Assembly: GCA_964399665.1 (NCBI GenBank)
Contig: CAYNSI010000002.1
Span: forward strand, 1 to 34,314
Length of the DNA: 34,314 nt
Source: an uncultured Enterobacterales bacterium
Lineage (GTDB): Bacteria > Pseudomonadota > Gammaproteobacteria > Enterobacterales > Succinivibrionaceae
Reading direction: 5' to 3'
Positions 26,132 to 34,314 of the stretch are shown here, piece by piece. How positions within the stretch are numbered: the stretch's first letter is position 1; the number at the start of each line of letters is the position of its first letter. A program made the translations under genes and the position numbers. The notes beneath the pieces are model-generated. The model saw only the letters and a program-made list of their open reading frames with translations, ran no database searches and was not told the DNA's origin.

Positions 26132-27157
26132 TTATTCCTGAAGGATTCTAACAGTAGATGATTTAGTATCAATGCCAAACTCCCTTACATCATCGCTCCT
26201 AAGACAGGTAAGCTTATCTGCATCCTCCATAGGATCTTCCCTGTCAGGGCTTTTTTCTTGATAAGATGCAGTTAACTCAAATGCTGCCTGTTCTAAGGTT
26301 TCCTCAAGATAATCCTCCCAAAGGGGCATCTTAAAATTGAAAGTCTCCTCAAACTTTGTAGTATCAAGTCTTGAGTCAGAGGGCCTTACCGCCTTAACAG
26401 GATATTCAAAGCTTGAAATGGAACGCACCCTGACATCATGAGAAATCAATCCTGTCTCAAAGGCCCTCTCAAAGATCTTTGAAGCAAAAAGGTCCCAGGA
26501 AGTTTCAGGCTTGCCTGCAAAATGATAGATCCCCTTTAAATCCCTTTGTTTTTTGGATAATTCCACGGCAGCTGTCACCAGGCCCTCAGCTAAAGCTTGA
26601 GCCGGAGTGGGATTTCCCTGCTGATCAAAAACTACCCTTACTTCATTGCGTTCCATGCCAAGTTTGAGCATGGTTTTTACAAAGTTTTTACCGAACTTTC
26701 CGAAAATCCAGGAAGAGCGCACAATAATATAATTGCAGCCGCTTTGCATAACAGCCTCTTCCCCTTTTAACTTGCTTTGCCCATAAACGCAGCTTGTTGA
26801 GGTTTCATCATCCTCCTTGTGGGCACATCCTGTTTCTTTTGAGAACACATAGTCAGTTGAGATATGAATTAGATCCATTCCCAAAATCCTGCAGGATTTT
26901 GCAAGATTTAAGGCCCCTTGTTCATTGACAGCAAAGGCAGCCTCTTTTTGTGATTCAGCACCTTCCACATCGGTAAAGGCTGCAGCATTTATAACTGTGG
27001 AAGCACCTGAGGCCTCAAGGACAGCCAATACCTCTTCAAAATTGGTAATATCAAGCCGTTCCCGGGATAAGGGGACTACTTCAATAAAATTCCTTAATAA
27101 GGCGGTTTCAAGCTCACGTCCCACCTGCCCTAATGCTCCGGTTACAGCAACGCGCAT
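26132..27157 (-). CDS. RmlD-family (dTDP-4-dehydrorhamnose reductase-like) SDR with an acidic C-terminal extension
   Basis: Rossmann motif VTGALGQVG. STDYVF... and catalytic YGQSK. VVFDQQGNPT. Its ATG at 27157 overlaps the pepT stop (TGATG), with an AAGGAG RBS inside pepT. Confidence 0.75.
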   Translation of the reverse strand: MRVAVTGALGQVGRELETALLRNFIEVVPLSRERLDITNFEEVLAVLEASGASTVINAAAFTDVEGAESQKEAAFAVNEQGALNLAKSCRILGMDLIHISTDYVFSKETGCAHKEDDETSTSCVYGQSKLKGEEAVMQSGCNYIIVRSSWIFGKFGKNFVKTMLKLGMERNEVRVVFDQQGNPTPAQALAEGLVTAAVELSKKQRDLKGIYHFAGKPETSWDLFASKIFERAFETGLISHDVRVRSISSFEYPVKAVRPSDSRLDTTKFEETFNFKMPLWEDYLEETLEQAAFELTASYQEKSPDREDPMEDADKLTCLRSDDVREFGIDTKSSTVRILQE

Positions 27158-28449
27158 CACATCTCCTTGCCGGCAATAATATTAACCAGGGAAAAAACAC
27201 ATTCTAATGACTTTAAAAAGGACTTAACCGGCAGACATTCATAAGGACCATGTGCACACAGACCCCCCGTGAAGATATTGGGGCAGGGAAGCCCTCTTGC
27301 CGAAAGATTAGCACCGTCGGTGCCCCCGCGCACTCGGTTTAATACGGGAGCAACTGAGGCACTGTTATATGCTTCCTGACACCAAGAGAGGATATCAAGT
27401 TTTCCTTGTGATTTGTCGAGGCTCTCTTGAAGATAATCCTTCATATTGTGGTACTGAAAGTCAATTTTGACCCTGACATATTCACAGCCGTATTTGTTAT
27501 TAAGCTTTGCAGCAGTCTTTGCAATAAAGTCCTGACGCTTTTGAAACTCTTTTTTATCAAAGTCCCTGATTAATACCTTAAGCTCAGCCTCTGCTGCACT
27601 GCCGGCAAGATCATAGGGATGATAAAAACCCTGCCCTCCTGCCGTGGTTTCAGGAGCCTCATGCTTGGGCAGCTGGTCTATAAACTCGCAGGCAAGCTTT
27701 AAGGCATTTACAAGTTTGTCCTTGGCATATCCTGTATGTACCGAAACTCCGGTAAATGTCACCACAGCCTTTGCCGCATTGAAGGTTTCCTCATCGATAA
27801 GACCAATTTCCCCTCCGTCTACGGTAACCCCGACATTTGCTTTTAATGAGGGGATATCAATACGGGCAGCAGACAGGCCTATTTCCTCATCTACGGTAAA
27901 CACCAAGGTTAAAGGCCCGTGCCTTAAAAGCGCCTTTTCTGCAGTACAGGCTTTTGCAAGCTGCAGCAGTACTGCCACGCCTGCCTTGTCATCTGCTCCA
28001 AGCAGCGTGGTGCCGTCAGTTACAATAATATCCTCTCCTACATGATTGTTAAGCTCAGGACAGATGTCATCGGTAATCTTAAGCCCGTTTGCAAGCTCAA
28101 TACCGTCTCCTTCATAGCCTACAACCAGGGCAGGATTTACATTGTCTCCTTTAAAATCTGCGGCAGTATCCATATGGGCAAAAAGAGCCAGGCAAGGGGC
28201 ATTCTCGCAGCCTGAAGACGCAGGGATCAAGGCCGTGACCACCCCGTTTTTTTCCTGCTTAACACTCAACCCCAAGGCGGTAAGTTTTTGATGAATAAAA
28301 GCTCCAAGCCTAAGCTGCCCCGGGCTTGAAGGAACACAGCCTGCTTTAGGATCTGATCTAGTATCAAAAGATACAAGCTCCAAAAAATCCTTTACAAGCT
28401 CATTTTGAGCCCCAAGTTTTTCTAAAGCCCCCGTCACTGCCTGCTGCAT
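27157..28449 (-). CDS. pepT: Peptidase T-like M20 tripeptide aminopeptidase
   Basis: Start set to the ATG at 28449 (MQQAVTG..., AGGGGG RBS). Motifs FAHMDT, LGADDKAG, DEEIG and GGTDGA are typical of PepT. Confidence 0.85.
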   Translation of the reverse strand: MQQAVTGALEKLGAQNELVKDFLELVSFDTRSDPKAGCVPSSPGQLRLGAFIHQKLTALGLSVKQEKNGVVTALIPASSGCENAPCLALFAHMDTAADFKGDNVNPALVVGYEGDGIELANGLKITDDICPELNNHVGEDIIVTDGTTLLGADDKAGVAVLLQLAKACTAEKALLRHGPLTLVFTVDEEIGLSAARIDIPSLKANVGVTVDGGEIGLIDEETFNAAKAVVTFTGVSVHTGYAKDKLVNALKLACEFIDQLPKHEAPETTAGGQGFYHPYDLAGSAAEAELKVLIRDFDKKEFQKRQDFIAKTAAKLNNKYGCEYVRVKIDFQYHNMKDYLQESLDKSQGKLDILSWCQEAYNSASVAPVLNRVRGGTDGANLSARGLPCPNIFTGGLCAHGPYECLPVKSFLKSLECVFSLVNIIAGKEM

Positions 28450-28487
28450 AAACCGCCCCCTAAAAACTTCTGCTGCCAAAATTATAG

Positions 28488-30452
28488 CTACTCGCGGGCT
28501 AATGCCTCAATAGGATTGAGCTTTGATGCCGATCTTGCCGGCATAAACCCAAAGGCAATACCAATAAGGGAGGAAGTTGCCACAGCCGCGATAATTGAAT
28601 CCACTGAAAAGGCCAGGGTAATGGAGGGGACAAAATACTGGACGACGCTTCCTAAAGCAAAAGAGCACACCACCCCTACTGCGCCTCCTAAAAGACAAAC
28701 CATCACCGCCTCAATTAAAAACTGGGCCATAATATCACTTTGTCTTGCCCCAACTGCCATACGGATCCCAATCTCCCTGGTGCGCTCGGTAACTGACACC
28801 AGCATAATATTCATGACCCCGATCCCGCCTACAACAAGTGAAATTACCGCAATAGCCGAAATTAACAGGGTAAAGGTCATGGTGGCAGAGGATATCGATT
28901 TCATAATGGTATCTGAGGACTGGATAAAAAAGTCCTGTCTGCCGTGTCTTGTAGTAAGAAGATTTACCAATGACCTCTCAGCAACTGCAGTAGGAAAGCC
29001 CTCTGAAATTCTGATGATAATCGATGACAGATAATCCTGCTTATAAAGCCTGGTCATGGCTGCCGTATAGGGCATGAAAACATACAGGCTGTCGCTTCTC
29101 ATAAAAGGGGAGTCAATTTCAGCAAGCACCCCGACAACGGCAAGGGGCAGGGCATTTACCAAAATAGTCTTGCCTATGGGATCTTCTCCTGCAAAAAGAT
29201 TGTCAGCAGTTTCCTTTGAAATAACGGCAAGCTGTAAATTATTCTCCACCTCTTCTGCGGTAAAAAGCCGGCCTTTTTGCACTTGATAGCCGTAAACGCG
29301 GAAAAGATCCGCTGTCACCCCCTGGGCAGAGCCGTCAAATTCCAAAGGCCCCCTGCGAAGCAGTACGCTCGACTCTACCGAAACTGAAGCAGAATCCACA
29401 AAAGGCTGGCCCTCAAGGGCCTTTAAATCCCTGGGGGTTAACGTCCTTACTCTTCCTGATCGCACATCACCCATGCGCTCCCCAGGATAAATGGTAATAG
29501 TATTGGTGCCCAAAGAGGAAATATTGTCCATGATCTGCTGGGAGGCACCGCGGGCCAGGGCCACTACGGATACAACGGCCATAATGCCTATAATGATGCC
29601 AAGCATGGTAAGCAGCGTTCTCATGCGGTTTGCAAACATAGCCCTGATTGCCATGGTAAAGGCCTCATTGAAGCGGTCATAAAAGGCACCGGGCCTTGTT
29701 GCCCAGACTTTATTTAACCTGACGCCGTCTTCATTGGATACTCCCTCGTAGGAGGGGATTTTCTCATTGATCTCATCTGATACTATCTGGCCGTCACCAA
29801 TGGTAATAATACGCCTTGCCTGCTCTGCAATCCCTCTGTCATGGGTAACTATAATAATAGTGTGGCCTCTTTGATTAAGGTCTTTGAGAATACGCATTAC
29901 CTCCCTGCCGGACTTGGAATCAAGAGCCCCTGTAGGCTCATCGGCAAGAATGATCTGCCCTCCGTTCATAAGGGCCCTTGCAATGGAAACACGCTGCTGC
30001 TGTCCCCCTGACAGCTGTGACGGCTGATATTCAGCCCGCTCCTTAAGTCCCAGGTTTTCAAGCAGGTTTATGGATCTGAATCTTCTCTTGCTTTCTTTTA
30101 CCCCTGCATAAACTGCTGGAACCTGGACATTTTCCTCTGCCGACAGGTGCCCCAGCAGATGATAACGCTGAAAGATAAAACCAAAAAAATCACGGCGCAA
30201 AGAAGCCAAATCATCAGGCAGTAATCGTGAGGTATCGGTGCCTTTTACCTCATATTGTCCTGCAGTAGGGGTATCAAGGCAGCCTATGATATTCATGAGG
30301 GTGGACTTGCCTGATCCTGACGGTCCTACAATTGCCAGCATCTCACCCTGGTACACCTTAAGATTGATGCCGTGCAGAACCTCAACCTCCTGTTCCCCCG
30401 AGGCATAGGATCTGCGTACATCCTTTAATTCCAGCAAGAGCTCAGCTGCCAC
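28488..30452 (-). CDS. macB: MacB-type ABC transporter (fused ATPase-permease)
   Basis: 654 aa. GTG start with AGGAGA RBS. Walker A GPSGSGKST, signature LSGGQQQRV. C-terminal FtsX-type 4-TM domain with a large periplasmic loop. Confidence 0.9.
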   Translation of the reverse strand: MAAELLLELKDVRRSYASGEQEVEVLHGINLKVYQGEMLAIVGPSGSGKSTLMNIIGCLDTPTAGQYEVKGTDTSRLLPDDLASLRRDFFGFIFQRYHLLGHLSAEENVQVPAVYAGVKESKRRFRSINLLENLGLKERAEYQPSQLSGGQQQRVSIARALMNGGQIILADEPTGALDSKSGREVMRILKDLNQRGHTIIIVTHDRGIAEQARRIITIGDGQIVSDEINEKIPSYEGVSNEDGVRLNKVWATRPGAFYDRFNEAFTMAIRAMFANRMRTLLTMLGIIIGIMAVVSVVALARGASQQIMDNISSLGTNTITIYPGERMGDVRSGRVRTLTPRDLKALEGQPFVDSASVSVESSVLLRRGPLEFDGSAQGVTADLFRVYGYQVQKGRLFTAEEVENNLQLAVISKETADNLFAGEDPIGKTILVNALPLAVVGVLAEIDSPFMRSDSLYVFMPYTAAMTRLYKQDYLSSIIIRISEGFPTAVAERSLVNLLTTRHGRQDFFIQSSDTIMKSISSATMTFTLLISAIAVISLVVGGIGVMNIMLVSVTERTREIGIRMAVGARQSDIMAQFLIEAVMVCLLGGAVGVVCSFALGSVVQYFVPSITLAFSVDSIIAAVATSSLIGIAFGFMPARSASKLNPIEALARE

Positions 30453-30464
30453 TGTTACGATCTC

Positions 30465-31673
30465 CTAAAACGGCCCCGGGGGACGGCGGCGGCGATCATT
30501 GTCCATGGCAGCCTGTTCTGCAGCTTCCACATCATCACCTATGACCACCTGATCGGTAATATCAAGACCTGCAATAACCTCAATGTACTGCTCATCCCTG
30601 ATGCCAAGCACAAGTTCTTTTTCCATCACCCTGCCGTCAACCAAAACATATACCGTGCCCCGGCCCAGGTAGTTGTCGGTCCTTAGAGTGGTAAGGGGAA
30701 TTGCCAGGACATTTTCCTTGGAATCAATATCAATAGTGACAGAGGCTGTCATATCAATACGCAGCAGGCCTTCAGCATTGTCAACATCCAAAAGCGCATT
30801 GTAGTAAACCGCCTCAGTAGAGCTTGAAGAAGAGCTTGAGGAAGAATCATCTGAAGCGCTTTCAGGCGCAGGCTCAATACGGTACAAGGTAGAGTAAAAG
30901 GGCTGGTTTGGCAGGCCCAGAATGGTAAATGAGCAGGGCATCCCCACCTTTACCTTAACCACATCAGCCTCTGAAATCTCAGTTTCCACCGTCATGACAT
31001 CAAGCTTTGCCAGTTTTAAAATAGTAGGCGTGGTTTGATTAGCATTGACCGTCTGGCCTTCTTCAACCGGAATGGCGTATACAGTTCCATCCATGGGAGC
31101 TGAAATCCTGGTATAGGCTAAATTGGTTTCAGCATCATCAATGGCAATCCGTGCCTGCTCAAGCTGGGCATCCAGAGCCTCCAAATCAGCCACGGCCATC
31201 TCCCATTCAGCCTCGGCCGTTTCAAAATCCTGCTCTGAGGACGCCCCTGAAGCCCTTAATCTTTTTTGTCTTTGGTACTCAAGCTCAAGGCGCTTTAAGT
31301 CAGCCTTCCCGGATTTTATCTGCGCCTGAATAAGGCGTTCCTGGGCTTTGGCATTGCGAAGCTCATTCTCCTGGATATCAGGATCAATTTCTGCCAGTAA
31401 ATCTCCTTCCCTGACAACATCTCCTGTCTGCACATGCAGTTTTTTGATCTGTCCTGAAACCTGGGCACCTACCTCAACTTCCACCTTGCCAGCCAGGGTT
31501 CCTGTTGCAAAAACCTGATTTTTAATATCCCTATAGGTGGGGCTTGTGGTCATAAAGGTTTCTTCAGAACCGCCAAGCAGTGAGGCTGCCCCATAGAAAA
31601 GAAGAAATAACAGCACAAGAGCCGGCAGAATAAATTTTTGGTACCTTTTGAACCTGTAAAACTCAATGGGCAT
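30465..31673 (-). CDS. macA: MacA-type periplasmic adaptor (membrane fusion protein) with a poly-Ser insertion
   Basis: Start set to the ATG at 31673 (MPIEFY...). N-terminal TM, lipoyl/coiled-coil/beta-barrel HlyD-like pattern. Directly upstream of macB. Confidence 0.85.
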   Translation of the reverse strand: MPIEFYRFKRYQKFILPALVLLFLLFYGAASLLGGSEETFMTTSPTYRDIKNQVFATGTLAGKVEVEVGAQVSGQIKKLHVQTGDVVREGDLLAEIDPDIQENELRNAKAQERLIQAQIKSGKADLKRLELEYQRQKRLRASGASSEQDFETAEAEWEMAVADLEALDAQLEQARIAIDDAETNLAYTRISAPMDGTVYAIPVEEGQTVNANQTTPTILKLAKLDVMTVETEISEADVVKVKVGMPCSFTILGLPNQPFYSTLYRIEPAPESASDDSSSSSSSSSTEAVYYNALLDVDNAEGLLRIDMTASVTIDIDSKENVLAIPLTTLRTDNYLGRGTVYVLVDGRVMEKELVLGIRDEQYIEVIAGLDITDQVVIGDDVEAAEQAAMDNDRRRRPPGPF

Positions 31674-31763
31674 TTTATCCTTCAACCCCTAAGGTCACAC
31701 ACTATCAAGAGTCTATGAATTATTATAATAGCCCACAATTAGGTCATAATTAGGAACAAGCAA

Positions 31764-32975
31764 ATGGATAAGAGCATTTTTCTCAAACAGGACCGCCAAA
31801 AAGCCGCCCTGCGCCGCCACCCCTGGGTTTTCTCAGGGGCGATTGATGAAAAAAAACTTCCCAAAAACCTTAAAAATGGTGAGCTTGTATCCTTAAAAAG
31901 CGCTGATGGTAATTTTATTGCCAGAGGATTTTACTCAAAAAACTCCCAAATCCGGGTAAGACTGATATCTTTTGATGAAAAGGAAGTCATAAACCAGGAG
32001 TTTTTTCTAAAACGCCTCAAAACCGCCTGCTCTTTACGAGATCCTCTTGTTAACTCAGGCTGTGACGGCATCCGCCTGGTATCCTCCGAAGGAGACTTAC
32101 TCCCGGGACTTATAGTAGATAAATACAATGACATTATCGTCATCTCAATAACCTCAACTGCTATGGAGCAAAACAAAAGCTGCATCACACAAGCTTTAAA
32201 AACCCTCTACCCGGACTGCCTTATTTATGAAAGATCCGACAGCCCCTCACGTTCAAAGGAAGGCTTAAAACCGGTAACAGGCCCGGTAGATGGCAGTGCT
32301 GCAGATCTCAAGAATATAGTCTATGTGCGTGAATATGAGGAAATTCTGCTCCCCGTTGATATTAAAAACGGTCATAAGACAGGTGCGTATCTAGACCAAA
32401 GAGTCTCAAGGCGCTATCTTAAAAACCTCTGCAGGGATAAAAGCGTATTAAACTGCTTCTGCTACACAGGAGGCTTTGGCCTTTGGGCCTTAAAGGGCGG
32501 AGCATCAAAGGTTGTCAACGTCGACACTTCAGATCATGCCTTAAAAATTGCACAAGAAGGCGTGATTGTTAATCATTTGGACCCGGGGCGTTGTAAATTC
32601 CTCAAAGAGGATGTCTTTTCTTTTCTAAGAGACAGTCACAAAGAAGGTCTGCAATACGATGTCATCATCCTGGATCCTCCCAAATTTGCAGACAGCTCTG
32701 CCAATCTTAAAAAAGCTTGCCGCGGCTATCAAGATATCAACAGGCTGGCTTTTTTGTTGTTAAAAGAAGGCGGCAGCCTCCTTTCTTTTTCCTGTTCCGG
32801 GCTTATAAGCTTAAGTTTGTTTCAGAAAATTGTCTCAGATGCCGCCCTTGAGGCAGGTGTAGACGGCAGGATCATCAAGGTTCTCATGCAAGATTGTGAT
32901 CATGTAGTATCCCTTGCCTGCCCGGAAACTTCCTATCTAAAAGGACTGCACATTGTCAAAGCAGGCAGATTTTGA
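31764..32975 (+). CDS. rlmI: 23S rRNA m5C1962 methyltransferase RlmI
   Basis: 403 aa, collinear with E. coli RlmI: LRRHPWVFSGA, GHKTGAYLDQR, NCFCYTGGF, DPPKF, ACRGYQDIN. Confidence 0.9.
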   Translation: MDKSIFLKQDRQKAALRRHPWVFSGAIDEKKLPKNLKNGELVSLKSADGNFIARGFYSKNSQIRVRLISFDEKEVINQEFFLKRLKTACSLRDPLVNSGCDGIRLVSSEGDLLPGLIVDKYNDIIVISITSTAMEQNKSCITQALKTLYPDCLIYERSDSPSRSKEGLKPVTGPVDGSAADLKNIVYVREYEEILLPVDIKNGHKTGAYLDQRVSRRYLKNLCRDKSVLNCFCYTGGFGLWALKGGASKVVNVDTSDHALKIAQEGVIVNHLDPGRCKFLKEDVFSFLRDSHKEGLQYDVIILDPPKFADSSANLKKACRGYQDINRLAFLLLKEGGSLLSFSCSGLISLSLFQKIVSDAALEAGVDGRIIKVLMQDCDHVVSLACPETSYLKGLHIVKAGRF

Positions 32976-33008
32976 GGATAATAAAGACCGCAAGGCGAGG
33001 AATTAACC

Positions 33009-33650
33009 ATGAAATTTAAGATAAAAACCCTGGTAGTAGGTCCGGTGATGCAAAACTGCAGAATCATTTACGATCCTGATACCAGGGACGCCGTGGTAGT
33101 AGATCCTGGGGCTGATTTTGCCAAAATTAATAAAGAGATCAACTCACTTAATCTTAACCTTAAAGCTGTCCTGATAACCCACGGCCATTTTGATCATGTA
33201 GGAGCGGTTCAGGAAACTTATGATGCCTACCACGTACCGGTAATGGGTCCTGCCTGCGAAGATGATTTTTTAATCTATGACGTTCCCCGTCAAAGCGCCA
33301 GATTCGGCCTGCTGCCCTCGCCTGCCATAACCTGTGATGTTGATTTTCTTACCGACGGAAAAATTATTGAGCCTGTTTTGAATCTTAAGCTTAAGGTCAT
33401 CACCACCCCGGGACATACCCCGGGCGGGATCTGCTATTACTGCAAAGAAGAAGACTTTGTTTTGACAGGAGATACCCTCTTTTTGGAAAGCATAGGCAGA
33501 ACTGATTTTGAGCGCGGTTCTTTACAGGATTTGACAAAGTCCATTGTCAACAAGCTGTTTATCCTGCCTGAGAGTACTGCAGTACTTTCAGGACACGGCG
33601 GGGATTCAACTATAGGCCATGAGAGGGAATTTAATCCCTTTGTAAGGTAA
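33009..33650 (+). CDS. MBL-fold metallo-hydrolase (YcbL/GloC-like glyoxalase II type)
   Basis: 213 aa. THGHFDH metal motif. The size and layout resemble YcbL. Confidence 0.8.
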   Translation: MKFKIKTLVVGPVMQNCRIIYDPDTRDAVVVDPGADFAKINKEINSLNLNLKAVLITHGHFDHVGAVQETYDAYHVPVMGPACEDDFLIYDVPRQSARFGLLPSPAITCDVDFLTDGKIIEPVLNLKLKVITTPGHTPGGICYYCKEEDFVLTGDTLFLESIGRTDFERGSLQDLTKSIVNKLFILPESTAVLSGHGGDSTIGHEREFNPFVR

Positions 33651-33661
33651 CGCTGCTAATA

Positions 33662-33988
33662 CTAGTGAAAAAAATCCTGGATGGCGTCTTTTTCCAAAGG
33701 CGGCAGTCCAAGCCTTCTTCTTTCTTCGTTAAGAAGATTTTCTTCAGCATCTTCAAGATCAAGGCGTAAAAAGTAGCCTTTTTCATTCAATGCCTGCTGA
33801 AGCTTTTCAGGCGTTATCTTAGGGAGAGTTTTTCTTCTGCCAAGGGCAAAAACCATGACAAACTTCGGAGATCCGAAGGCATCAAGCAAAGCTCCCGGCA
33901 CTGCGGCAAAGGCATCCTTCTCCTTAAGATAAAGGTATGAACGCACCTTCTTCGAGCTTTTGTAAACGTAAACCAGGCTCTCCTGCAT
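33662..33988 (-). CDS. ycgL: YcgL-domain protein
   Basis: Start set to the ATG at 33988 (MQESLVYVYKSSKK..., GGAGGA RBS). VYKSSKKVRSYLYLKEKDAF..VP..L...FG parallels E. coli YcgL. Confidence 0.8.
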   Translation of the reverse strand: MQESLVYVYKSSKKVRSYLYLKEKDAFAAVPGALLDAFGSPKFVMVFALGRRKTLPKITPEKLQQALNEKGYFLRLDLEDAEENLLNEERRRLGLPPLEKDAIQDFFH

Positions 33989-34314
33989 GATCTTATCCTC
34001 CATAACACCTATAGATTGTGACTAATAAGAACCAAAGTCAAGTTCTCTCACATTACACAGCAAAAGGATCCATTCCAATCTGCCATTCTACAAATCTTTT
34101 AAGCACAGCCTAACAGGAGATCTTTTTTGGATTTAATTACCATCATGAAAATCTTTAGGTTTGAGAAAAAATTATCCCCCGTAAGTTGGCTTTTTATCGC
34201 TCATCCGGGGGCTTTGCAATAAGTCGGTTATACCTTCAAAAGATATTGAGGGCTTATGGGAAAATCCCCCAAATCTGTTGTTTTGTAAAATTTTATCTTA
34301 TCTTTTGATGCCCT

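Noticed and set aside
1-34314. Looked for rRNA, tRNA, CRISPR repeats, IS inverted repeats and transposase or integrase ORFs.
   Set aside because: No regularly spaced repeats, no cloverleaf-like or rRNA-like conserved stretches recognised by eye, and no ORF with transposase or recombinase motifs. tRNA absence should be confirmed with a dedicated scanner.

Overview
This is a chromosomal-looking segment from a Gram-negative bacterium. The YcgL, RlmI, MacAB, GntK and MetG set suggests a gammaproteobacterium; the taxon call is low confidence. GC looks mid-40s % by eye. No rRNA, tRNA, CRISPR array, IS element, transposase or integrase was recognised.

Left arm (1-8617): the 5' end of an IclR-family regulator gene runs off the window edge. 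It is followed by two divergently transcribed, non-identical TRAP transporter operons (dctPQM on the minus strand, dctPQM on the plus strand). The second continues into a HIT-family protein and a YqhD/BdhA-like iron alcohol dehydrogenase.

Centre (8753-18953, minus strand): a 10.2-kb, ten-gene, translationally coupled P-type type IV secretion operon in IncP Tra2 order: trbB-C-D-E-F-G-(TrbH-position lipoprotein)-I-J-L. The window contains no coupling protein (VirD4/TraG), relaxase, pilin cyclase (TraF), VirB1, TrbK or integrase. Housekeeping genes sit on both sides. This orphan T4SS is the main candidate for an undescribed system. Its pilin and its VirB4 ATPase both carry long non-canonical C-terminal tails.

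Right arm (19400-34003): a divergent AraC-family regulator, metG, a MATE exporter and gntK. Then comes an unusual five-gene operon, macA-macB-pepT-(RmlD-like reductase)-NodT-type outer membrane factor. It is followed by rlmI, an MBL-fold hydrolase and ycgL.

Sequence-level oddities: an ~85-bp promoter/leader of the second TRAP operon is duplicated as direct repeats bracketing the first TRAP operon. A 28-bp tandem duplication sets the trbB stop codon.
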